Positions 18,336 to 25,036 of a stretch of DNA of 25,036 bases are shown one piece after another. Numbering within the stretch: position 1 is the stretch's first letter; every line of letters starts with the position of its first letter. The DNA is taken from IMG/VR virus record IMGVR_UViG_3300043173_000393, positions 1 to 25,036 of that record; one strand, given 5' to 3'. The notes under the pieces are model-generated. The model was not told the DNA's origin. It searched no databases and saw nothing but the letters and a program-made list of their open reading frames with translations. Origin of the DNA: a virus. Taxonomy: Duplodnaviria > Caudoviricetes. Position numbers and translations under genes: made by a program.

Positions 18336-18827
18336 CTAAGTCGGAATTTCGATAGCGAAGAAATCCCAGTACATATCCCCAACAAGGTCAGTCGTAGTTG
18401 CAACGAAGCGTGAAATGCGGAAGCCTACAAGTTGTTCCGCTGTCCAGCCAAGAGCAGCAACAGTCTCAGTCCATTCGATAATCGAGATATCGTCCTGCGT
18501 AGCATCGATTGGTTGATCGTCTATGTCTTCATCGACATAGGCGACGTCCCAACTACCGCTCTCACCAAAATTGTGATGACCTATACGCAGAGCTACGTTG
18601 CGAGACGCAGCTACAGTCTTGGACCACACGTAAGCGCGGAACGTGACGACACCCGCCCCGTTGATAGAAGAAGGCACGACGAATTTGCCATTGCGATACT
18701 CTTCCGTGGTATCGTCAAAAGCCGCCGTGCGCTTCGTACGGTTACTTCCTACAACCGTTTCAACTGGGGCAAAGTTGGACTCGACCGCCTGCAAAGCTGC
18801 CACCGTAAAAGGCAGAAGTATTGGCAT
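18336..18827 (-). CDS. Beta-sandwich virion/fibre-associated protein (163 aa)
   Basis: AAGGAGG SD. The pattern AAFDDTTEEY...FVVP...VTFRAYVW...GFRISR...DLVGD resembles a domain often seen at phage fibre C-termini. Confidence 0.65.
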   Translation of the reverse strand: MPILLPFTVAALQAVESNFAPVETVVGSNRTKRTAAFDDTTEEYRNGKFVVPSSINGAGVVTFRAYVWSKTVAASRNVALRIGHHNFGESGSWDVAYVDEDIDDQPIDATQDDISIIEWTETVAALGWTAEQLVGFRISRFVATTTDLVGDMYWDFFAIEIPT

Positions 18828-18841
18828 GCGCTAAATCCTCC

Positions 18842-19279
18842 TTATGCGTTAATCGAGACCGAGAACGTATCGATGACGATTGGATCTGCCGCAACGAAGA
18901 CAGGGTTGACGAACTCCAGATCGAAATCACCAGAGTCGATACCAGCCGAGCCATCCATGCGGACAGCAACCGCACTCACACCAGTTGTATGAGCGTTGTC
19001 ATACAACCGGAACCAAGTACACGTACCGGGGTTGTCAGCCGAGGTATCTTCCCACGTACCCGCTTTCGCGACTGCGCCACCTGACGGAGCTGCGAACGGA
19101 GATACGGGAAGAACGACACCGGCGAGAAGCGTTCCCGCTCCTTCCGTTGCATCAGCAGTCGCGGGCTGAGCGCCATCGAAGATATCGAGGAACCCAAGAG
19201 TGAACAGGGTATCCATATCATTCACGCCGCCCAGCAAAGCGTTTCGAAGACCAGTTGAGAATTTGGGGTTGAAAGACAT
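18842..19279 (-). CDS. Small tail-associated beta protein, paralog B (145 aa)
   Basis: AGGAGG SD; clearly similar to the adjacent 154-aa protein (GLRN, TLGFLxI, GxQPA, WFR, DGS). Confidence 0.8.
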   Translation of the reverse strand: MSFNPKFSTGLRNALLGGVNDMDTLFTLGFLDIFDGAQPATADATEGAGTLLAGVVLPVSPFAAPSGGAVAKAGTWEDTSADNPGTCTWFRLYDNAHTTGVSAVAVRMDGSAGIDSGDFDLEFVNPVFVAADPIVIDTFSVSINA

Positions 19280-19294
19280 TTCTACTTCCTCCTA

Positions 19295-19759
19295 TTAGGC
19301 AGCGGGCTGGACGATGTTGAAATCGGTCACAGTCTGCGTTGCACCTGAAACAACGGACACGTTGCTCATGTTCAGATCGGCACCACTGACAGCAATCGAG
19401 CCGTCGAGCGCTTTCACTCCAGAACCGCCTGCGTCAGCACTTGCTTCCGTAGTCGCTTTGTTTGTGTCCAGTTCATGAAAACGGAACCAGCCAGCCGTGC
19501 CTGTTGCACCAGCTGTCCCGTTCCACACTTCTGCCGCAGCTTTGGGCAACGTACCCGCTACAACAATCGCATCGAACGTAAGTCCGATTGCACCACCGTC
19601 GACAGCAATCGTCGCGAGACGAACTCCGGTCGCGGCGTCATTTGCGCTTGCGGGTTGAGACCCGCTGTAGATCATGAGAAACCCGAGAGTAAGCGCAGCC
19701 TCCACCGAGCTAACCTGCAGGATGTGATTCCGCAGTCCGTCCGTCAATCTTAGTGCCAT
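19295..19759 (-). CDS. Small tail-associated beta protein, paralog A (154 aa)
   Basis: GGAGG SD. MALRLTDGLRN...IYSGSQPASAN...GTAGWFR...LDGSI...GADLNM is a widespread phage structural family. Confidence 0.8.
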   Translation of the reverse strand: MALRLTDGLRNHILQVSSVEAALTLGFLMIYSGSQPASANDAATGVRLATIAVDGGAIGLTFDAIVVAGTLPKAAAEVWNGTAGATGTAGWFRFHELDTNKATTEASADAGGSGVKALDGSIAVSGADLNMSNVSVVSGATQTVTDFNIVQPAA

Positions 19760-19763
19760 TGTC

Positions 19764-20978
19764 TTAGCCTCCGTTTACCACTGCGATGTAGTGGTTCTGC
19801 TTGTTCGCTCGTCTGTAGAGCGCTGTACCATCCACTGAATTGGCTGAGAAGTCTACCACACGCTCGTGGACGTTTCTCAAGGTTCCGCCTGGGAGCCCTA
19901 TCACGATGCCCGCCTGAGTAGCCCATACCGGGATCCTCTCAGTGGCCTCGCCGGTACCAACGACTGAGCCGTTGATATGGACCTTCGTGCCTGGGATCGC
20001 TCCGTAATCTGCAGCTTCGGTCAGGGACAGGTTCATCATGTCGCTCCCGGTCAGCCAATAATGCTTTGTCTCCGTCCCGATGTAAAACCCATCTCTGAGA
20101 CCACCAATGATGTGGATCCGTTCCCCGAAGGGCATGTACCCTTTGGCGAGGTCTCTGAGTTCATAATCGAACTCATTTGTCCACTCTAAGTTGTTATTTC
20201 GGGCGAAGAGTAAACTAGCGCGGAACCAGTCAATCTCGTGCCATGCCTCCGGGGCGGACATCAATTGACGGTCGAGCACTATGCTTGTACGAGGTCGTCC
20301 ATTACGATAAGAGAAGCCCGTCTCCCCTGCAAAAATTTCATCTGCGAGATATAGGGTGTCGCCGTTAGCTTCAGTGATCCAGAAGCGCTTCGTGAGCCCC
20401 GCAGAGAATGTGAAGAGAAAGCCTTCATTTTCTCCAACGTCAACGGTTCTTGGTAGAGGGCTTCCGGACTCGCGGCCATCTGACTCAACATTTGTGAAAA
20501 CATACGAGTAGCGGCCTTCTCCAAGGTTTCCTGTAGTTGGCGCACCTTCCAAGCGGGAAGGGACGGGTACTCCGAAATCACGAAGGTTACCGTTTGGCTC
20601 CACGACTCCAGTTTCAAATCCGTTGCTCCAGTAGACTTGGTTTCCAATTCTGTAGGCACTGATCTTATCTCCTATCGTTAAGCCGGTGCGCAGCGTCTCA
20701 ACGTCAGTCGCAGAGCGAAAGCGTTTGAGCGACGTGCCCTCCTGAAAAAGAAAGAGCTGCTTGTCAGCCCATGCACTGTGTATCGTTCCTGCAGGAACGT
20801 ACGAAGTGTCAACGCGACCAGGGCGGCGCTCGATGCTATTCTTGCGCGTCAGGTCGACGTTGTTAGCGAGGACCATTCCATCGAAGCCAACCTCAAAGTC
20901 TTCGTCTTGCGTACGAAGTCCCTTGATCTCAAGCTTCGCATCTCTCGGTCTGTTCGCTGTGGTGTTCTTGAGCGCCAT
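19764..20978 (-). CDS. Putative tail nozzle/stabilisation protein, beta-propeller-like (404 aa)
   Basis: Follows the adaptor gene with TAATG coupling. The N-terminal LANNVDLT...IERRPG motif is typical of P22 gp10/T7 gp12-like nozzles; beta-rich. Confidence 0.6.
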   Translation of the reverse strand: MALKNTTANRPRDAKLEIKGLRTQDEDFEVGFDGMVLANNVDLTRKNSIERRPGRVDTSYVPAGTIHSAWADKQLFLFQEGTSLKRFRSATDVETLRTGLTIGDKISAYRIGNQVYWSNGFETGVVEPNGNLRDFGVPVPSRLEGAPTTGNLGEGRYSYVFTNVESDGRESGSPLPRTVDVGENEGFLFTFSAGLTKRFWITEANGDTLYLADEIFAGETGFSYRNGRPRTSIVLDRQLMSAPEAWHEIDWFRASLLFARNNNLEWTNEFDYELRDLAKGYMPFGERIHIIGGLRDGFYIGTETKHYWLTGSDMMNLSLTEAADYGAIPGTKVHINGSVVGTGEATERIPVWATQAGIVIGLPGGTLRNVHERVVDFSANSVDGTALYRRANKQNHYIAVVNGG

Positions 20979-21721
20979 TAGAAGGGTATGCCTCCGTAGC
21001 GCGTACTACGAGCGCGGAAGCGCGTACGCTTGATCTCACGACGTCGCTCATCAGCTGCACTGTCAAACAGACGTCCGAACTTGGCAGACAGCTCTGGATC
21101 GTAGGTATCCGCGTCCTGCTTCAAGAAAGCAAGAGAGCGCATGTAGTCCATGATGATTAGCTGATCTTCGAGTTCTGTGACGTCGAGCGTAGCGCTATCA
21201 CACGTCACAGTGTTAAGCGGAAGATGTTCAACGATCAACTCAACGGTGTCGTCTTGTGCAGGGATCGGGACAATGCGTACGAAGTTCTCTGTGAAGTTCG
21301 GAGCAAGGATACGTGCGTTTCCAATCTTATCCTGCCAGTTTCCTACGAACACAGCGCCATAGTCACGCGTGAAGAACCCCTCGTTGAGTTCCTCGAAAGG
21401 CATGATCTCTAGTGGATCTGAATTCGAGTTTGAAGTGTCTCGCATCCTTGCGTTCAAGATACGAATGATCTTGGTACTGATCGGTAAAAAGCCACTCGCA
21501 CCCGAAGCAGTGAAGGCCAGTGTGGTCAGATCTGTTATATCGACCGCAGGGGAACCCTTCCGCAGAAAATGTGTTCGTCGTACGAACTTTCTCTGCGCCA
21601 CTTCCATGTATCCGAAGACGTCATCATCAGACCAGAGGTAGTCTTCACCTTGACTACCACCGTTTATGTCATCGACTTCTCTGCGGAACCTGTCTTTAAG
21701 ATCTTCGGGTGTGAGTGACAT
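20978..21721 (-). CDS. Head-tail adaptor (247 aa)
   Basis: Position after the capsid genes; helical N-terminus (LKDRFRREVDD...YLWSDDDVFGYM), beta middle and helical C-terminus (DYMRSLAFLKQDAD), as in podoviral adaptors. Confidence 0.7.
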   Translation of the reverse strand: MSLTPEDLKDRFRREVDDINGGSQGEDYLWSDDDVFGYMEVAQRKFVRRTHFLRKGSPAVDITDLTTLAFTASGASGFLPISTKIIRILNARMRDTSNSNSDPLEIMPFEELNEGFFTRDYGAVFVGNWQDKIGNARILAPNFTENFVRIVPIPAQDDTVELIVEHLPLNTVTCDSATLDVTELEDQLIIMDYMRSLAFLKQDADTYDPELSAKFGRLFDSAADERRREIKRTRFRARSTRYGGIPF

Positions 21722-21730
21722 TTACGTTAC

Positions 21731-22420
21731 CTACTCTGCTGGTTGCCCTTTCTGCGCAGCTTGATAGCGCTTATGGGCCGCATCGCGTTCGGCTGCTGTC
21801 ACATCGTAACCAGATCGGTTGACGATAGACCGCACCTGTGGTGCGCCGGATCCAGTGAAGTCATCCTCGCTTCCAGTCTCGAAGACTGAGCGAACGATAT
21901 CATCGAGTGCTTTCACGAACTCCTCCGGATCAGAGGGGCGAACGGGAGCAGCGCTCTCGATGACCTTTGAAGGATCATTGCGAGAATCAGCGTTCTCCTG
22001 TTGGATCTTGGCCCACACCTTCGTTACCTCGCTGAGATCGACATCGTACCCGAGAGTACGGTTGACCACTTTGAGATTCGGTAGGCCGCTGGCAGTAAAG
22101 TCAGTTCGTCCGTTGCGCCTGATCAGTGCCTCGACACAGTCACGAATCTGACTGATACGTGCGCTACCCGTGATCTCGACTGGCAGAATCCCATCGTCGT
22201 CGTCATCCGACACACGGTCCCTTTCGACGGGAAGGATTCCAACTGCCATCGCATCTTCGAGTATGACGTTGGGGCACAGCTGCTTTCGACCGCGCAAGAA
22301 GAAAACGCAGTGTCCCTTCGTAGTGTTCAGGGTAATATTTCGGTTTGATTCCACCCACGTCATTCCACGCACGACTGCGGGAAATACGGGGGCGGGCAAG
22401 TTCACTCTCTCTTTAGGCAT
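21731..22420 (-). CDS. Hypothetical protein with two copies of a small helical domain (Mu gp35/HeH-like) (229 aa)
   Basis: Internal duplication: DFTASGLPNLKVVNRTLGYDV versus DFTGSGAPQVRSIVNRSGYDV. Confidence 0.7.
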   Translation of the reverse strand: MPKERVNLPAPVFPAVVRGMTWVESNRNITLNTTKGHCVFFLRGRKQLCPNVILEDAMAVGILPVERDRVSDDDDDGILPVEITGSARISQIRDCVEALIRRNGRTDFTASGLPNLKVVNRTLGYDVDLSEVTKVWAKIQQENADSRNDPSKVIESAAPVRPSDPEEFVKALDDIVRSVFETGSEDDFTGSGAPQVRSIVNRSGYDVTAAERDAAHKRYQAAQKGQPAE

Positions 22421-22440
22421 CTCTCTTTCCTCTCAAACAC

Positions 22441-22480
22441 AAATAAAAAAGGGACCGGGGCACGTAAGTACCCCAGTCCC
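22441..22480 (-). terminator. Rho-independent terminator after the capsid and cement genes
   Basis: Minus strand GGGACTGGGGTAC-TTAC-GTGCCCCGGTCCC (13-bp stem with 2 G-U pairs) followed by TTTTTTATTT. Confidence 0.9.
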
Positions 22481-22500
22481 CGCTTCGTTCCCCAAAGGGG

Positions 22501-22962
22501 TTAGCCGGTCTCAGGCGCATTCTTCGATCCGTAATCCGCCACGTTCAGGCCCTGGTTCTCATGGGCTCGATCGTTGATGACGTACTCGACTCGAATGGTC
22601 GCCGCTCCCTGCGTGGAATCGGCCCCGACAAGAACGGGATCGACGTCGACCGTCTCTTCCCCTGTGGTCACTTTACCATCCAGAGTAAGAGCCGTTCGCC
22701 CGAGGCTTTTGAGATCGACAGGCGAAGACGTGTAACGATCAGGATCGTCTACGTCTCCGATATCAAGCACAGCGGTTGTGCCCTGATCCCATACCTCAGT
22801 CACGGTAATTGAGCCACCAACCACTTCCGCGCCCGCAGGAAGATCCAGAAGATCTTGAATCCCTGTACCGATTGCTTGCGCGACAGTGAGTCCATCAGCA
22901 AAGCCGATGTTCGCAGATGCCCAAAGGGAGTATTGCCGACCTTGGTCTTTCAGAATTTCCAT
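22501..22962 (-). CDS. Capsid cement/decoration protein, jelly-roll type (BPP-1 Bbp16-like) (153 aa)
   Basis: Directly after the MCP with a GGAGG SD; motif LPAGAEVVGGSITVTEVWD...LDIGD...RY...GAATIRVEYV. Confidence 0.7.
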   Translation of the reverse strand: MEILKDQGRQYSLWASANIGFADGLTVAQAIGTGIQDLLDLPAGAEVVGGSITVTEVWDQGTTAVLDIGDVDDPDRYTSSPVDLKSLGRTALTLDGKVTTGEETVDVDPVLVGADSTQGAATIRVEYVINDRAHENQGLNVADYGSKNAPETG

Positions 22963-22974
22963 GATCAGCCTCCG

Positions 22975-24093
22975 TTAGATTGCGTGATTGACGCGAAGAA
23001 CTGCGAAGTCTTCGTTGGTACCCGACGCGTGGCTTCGGAAGACAGGCTTCTTCATGCCGCACATTTTGCCCAACGAGATACCTTGCTCGTTCTCGTAGTC
23101 AAACCCTTTCTCCACCCAGTAGGGATCGCCAATGTCAGCGAAGCCGAGGGCTTGGGAACCGCAGAGCAGCGTGCTGGAACCTTCGACGTTTCCGCCAGAT
23201 CCGAACTTGCTACCACCCGCAGCGCCAAGGGTGTTGAACACATGGAAGAACTCGCGAATTGCGAGACCATCCACAAAGTACACGTCTGCATCGCGAAACA
23301 AGATGTTGCTTGTCGAACGAGGCATCGCGTTGCGCCATGCGGCGAGAAAGTCCGGATCCAACTTGAGGATCGCGATTGCATCGGGGTGCATGAACACGTT
23401 GTACATGACCTGCCCCGAGAAAGGACCTTCGCCCCGGATGGGCCGAATGAACTGAATTTTCGCAAACGCCTTCATCTTGACAAGCATGCGCCAAGACGGC
23501 ACGTCGGCAGCGACTACCGTAGCGGTATCGCCGGGGACGAGTGAGTCGGATGCGTCAACCCAGTTGCGATGACGAAGCGTAGTCGGAGCCGTGACGTCAG
23601 CCGCCCACTCCAGGAACGGCAGATCACTACCCGTTCGCGGGGAGCCGTCGTTCTTGAGAGTGAAGGAAACGCCAGTGAGCGCCAAGAACGCCATTTGGTC
23701 GAGTCGGTCAGCGAGCCAGTAGGCCAGTACGTCGCGAGAGTTCTCTCTGAACTCCACAACCGAACGCTGATCCGCAATGCGGCCTTCGTGTCGGTTGGCG
23801 TGACGCAGTTGGTCGACTTGGATGACCTGATCGAACGACTGGATCTCTTCCTCATTGCCTTCGAGGGTTCGATCTCCCGCAACACCATCACCTTCCAGGT
23901 CCTTGACCAGGGTAATGACAGCGCGTGCGCCTTTCTCGGTCTTCTTCAACTCGGAGATCCGCTGGATCATCGAGTTGGGACCGTCGCCTAAGAACTTGTT
24001 CAGAAAGGCAGCGTTACGGGCGTTCTTCCAGGTATCCTTGGCCCAAATCGTTTTCTGCTCGTCTGTGAGAGCAGCGAAATTGGTAAGAGCCAT
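22975..24093 (-). CDS. Major capsid protein (DUF4043 / N4-gp56-like family) (372 aa)
   Basis: Motifs MALTNF...W, GDGVAGDRTLEGNEE, QVDQLRHA, LAYWLADRLDQMAFLAL, LLCGSQAL and FDYENEQGIS; strong AGGAGG SD; lies between the scaffold and cement genes. Confidence 0.92.
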   Translation of the reverse strand: MALTNFAALTDEQKTIWAKDTWKNARNAAFLNKFLGDGPNSMIQRISELKKTEKGARAVITLVKDLEGDGVAGDRTLEGNEEEIQSFDQVIQVDQLRHANRHEGRIADQRSVVEFRENSRDVLAYWLADRLDQMAFLALTGVSFTLKNDGSPRTGSDLPFLEWAADVTAPTTLRHRNWVDASDSLVPGDTATVVAADVPSWRMLVKMKAFAKIQFIRPIRGEGPFSGQVMYNVFMHPDAIAILKLDPDFLAAWRNAMPRSTSNILFRDADVYFVDGLAIREFFHVFNTLGAAGGSKFGSGGNVEGSSTLLCGSQALGFADIGDPYWVEKGFDYENEQGISLGKMCGMKKPVFRSHASGTNEDFAVLRVNHAI

Positions 24094-24102
24094 TTTGATG
24101 GA

Positions 24103-24108
24103 CCTCCT
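24103..24108 (-). promoter_or_regulatory. Shine-Dalgarno AGGAGG of the major capsid gene
   Basis: cctcct on the plus strand at 24103-24108, 9 nt from the ATG at 24093. Confidence 0.85.
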
Positions 24109-24231
24109 AAGTCCTGATACACAAGATAGATACAGTGTTCCGAACTGTCGTGTCGGAGGCCGGAAAGCAGCTCTTTAGCGTGTGCTGAGCACGGGCTTCA
24201 TGTCGTACGCCACCCGAATGTCGAGAGACTA

Positions 24232-25036
24232 TCATGTAACGAAATCGCCCCGCAACCGGGACATTTCCTCCGGATTGCCAGAAAGGGCCTCAAACTCTTC
24301 AGGCGACATATCCATCGCCCGCTTGCTATCCGCTGTGACCCCAGCCTTATCGGAGTCCGATCCGGCCTTTGAAGCGGCCAAATCGGGCGGCAGCTTCTTT
24401 GCCTTGTCGACGTTACCCGCGATGTCGGTCTCTTTCTTTTTGACCTCTTTCACCGTGTCAGTTCCATCGAGGCCCAATTTAGTGGACATATAATCCACTG
24501 CCAAGATCATCGCATCTCCTTGAGAGCGGCCACCTTGTCTGTGTAGTGCGCGAGCGAGTTCGACTACTTCGTCGGTCAGGTCTTTGTCGAAGTCGTCATG
24601 CTTCTCGTCGAGGATCGGGATACGTCCCTCCAGGTCAGTGACCACGCGGTCGAACTGGATGGACTCCGTAGTCTGCGCTGTCTGTGCGACAGTTGCATCT
24701 TCCAGTTTAGCATCCCTGACGCCTTCCGATAACTCGCGCTGTTCACGAAGTAAGACAGCAGCTTTGGCACCGCCCTCATCATCTTCGTCTTTCATCGCTT
24801 TCGCGATCTCAGCGTCAAGCTCCCCGATGCGCTTCTCAGCCTGCGCAATCGTTAGCGTGTCGTCGTCATCATCGGCTTTGGCAGTCGCGGGGGTCCGCTC
24901 AGCTTCAGTTGCTCGCAGCTCTGCTGCATCGGCTCGCGCCTCTGCCTCACGCGCACGAACTAGCGCAGCATCCATCCTCGCCTTCGGAACGGAGATCTTG
25001 AGGTCGGTGTCCCCGTCCTTGTCCGTTTTGTCGCCG
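24232..25036 (-). CDS. Capsid scaffolding protein, 5'-truncated by the window edge
   Basis: The frame stays open upstream of 24975 to the edge (...GDKTDKDGDTDLKISVPKARMDAAL...). Acidic coiled-coil protein with a VPKARMD motif and C-terminal MSPEEFEAL...RLRGD, directly upstream of the MCP. Confidence 0.8.
   Translation of the reverse strand, partial: GDKTDKDGDTDLKISVPKARMDAALVRAREAEARADAAELRATEAERTPATAKADDDDDTLTIAQAEKRIGELDAEIAKAMKDEDDEGGAKAAVLLREQRELSEGVRDAKLEDATVAQTAQTTESIQFDRVVTDLEGRIPILDEKHDDFDKDLTDEVVELARALHRQGGRSQGDAMILAVDYMSTKLGLDGTDTVKEVKKKETDIAGNVDKAKKLPPDLAASKAGSDSDKAGVTADSKRAMDMSPEEFEALSGNPEEMSRLRGDFVT

Noticed and set aside
18320-18338. 163-aa gene as a read-through or frameshifted N-terminus of the 1477-aa protein
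   Set aside because: The frames differ, an in-frame TAG sits immediately before the 1477-aa ATG, and no slippery sequence is visible.
22501-24093. MCP-cement read-through fusion (the genes are in frame, 12 nt apart)
   Set aside because: The stop is TAA and the cement gene has its own GGAGG SD; in-frame spacing has a 1-in-3 chance.
246-24493. Numerous other plus-strand and alternate-frame ORFs (e.g. 246-890, 12081-12770, 22855-23544)
   Set aside because: They overlap coherent minus-strand phage genes and have the Ser/Arg-rich composition typical of shadow frames.
1-25036. Diversity-generating retroelement acting on the fibre genes
   Set aside because: No reverse transcriptase ORF and no adenine-specific template/variable repeat pair was seen by eye; one outside the window cannot be excluded.
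1-25036. Stop-codon reassignment
   Set aside because: Genes are full length under the standard code, and TAA, TAG and TGA all end genes at tight junctions.

Overview
The window is the virion-morphogenesis region of a tailed dsDNA phage or prophage, probably podovirus-like because no tail tube, sheath or tape-measure gene is recognisable. All credible genes lie on the minus strand, tightly packed, with Shine-Dalgarno sites and TAATG/ATGA overlaps. In transcription order (right to left): 5'-truncated scaffold protein, structured ~140-nt leader, major capsid protein (DUF4043/N4-gp56-like), cement/decoration protein, intrinsic terminator, duplicated-domain protein, head-tail adaptor, nozzle-like protein, two small paralogous beta proteins, a 163-aa beta-sandwich protein, a 1477-aa protein (2x LamG-like, 2x SPRY-like, 10+10 ~21-aa repeats, nozzle-like C-terminus), three probable internal/ejection proteins (607, 580 and 2150 aa, the last with an HExxH motif), and a second cluster of modular fibre genes running off the left end. 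The most interesting candidate system is the 1477-aa protein, with two repeat classes, next to two paralogous small subunits: possibly a repeat-templated heteropolymeric fibre on a split nozzle. Family names come from motif recognition only; no database search was run.
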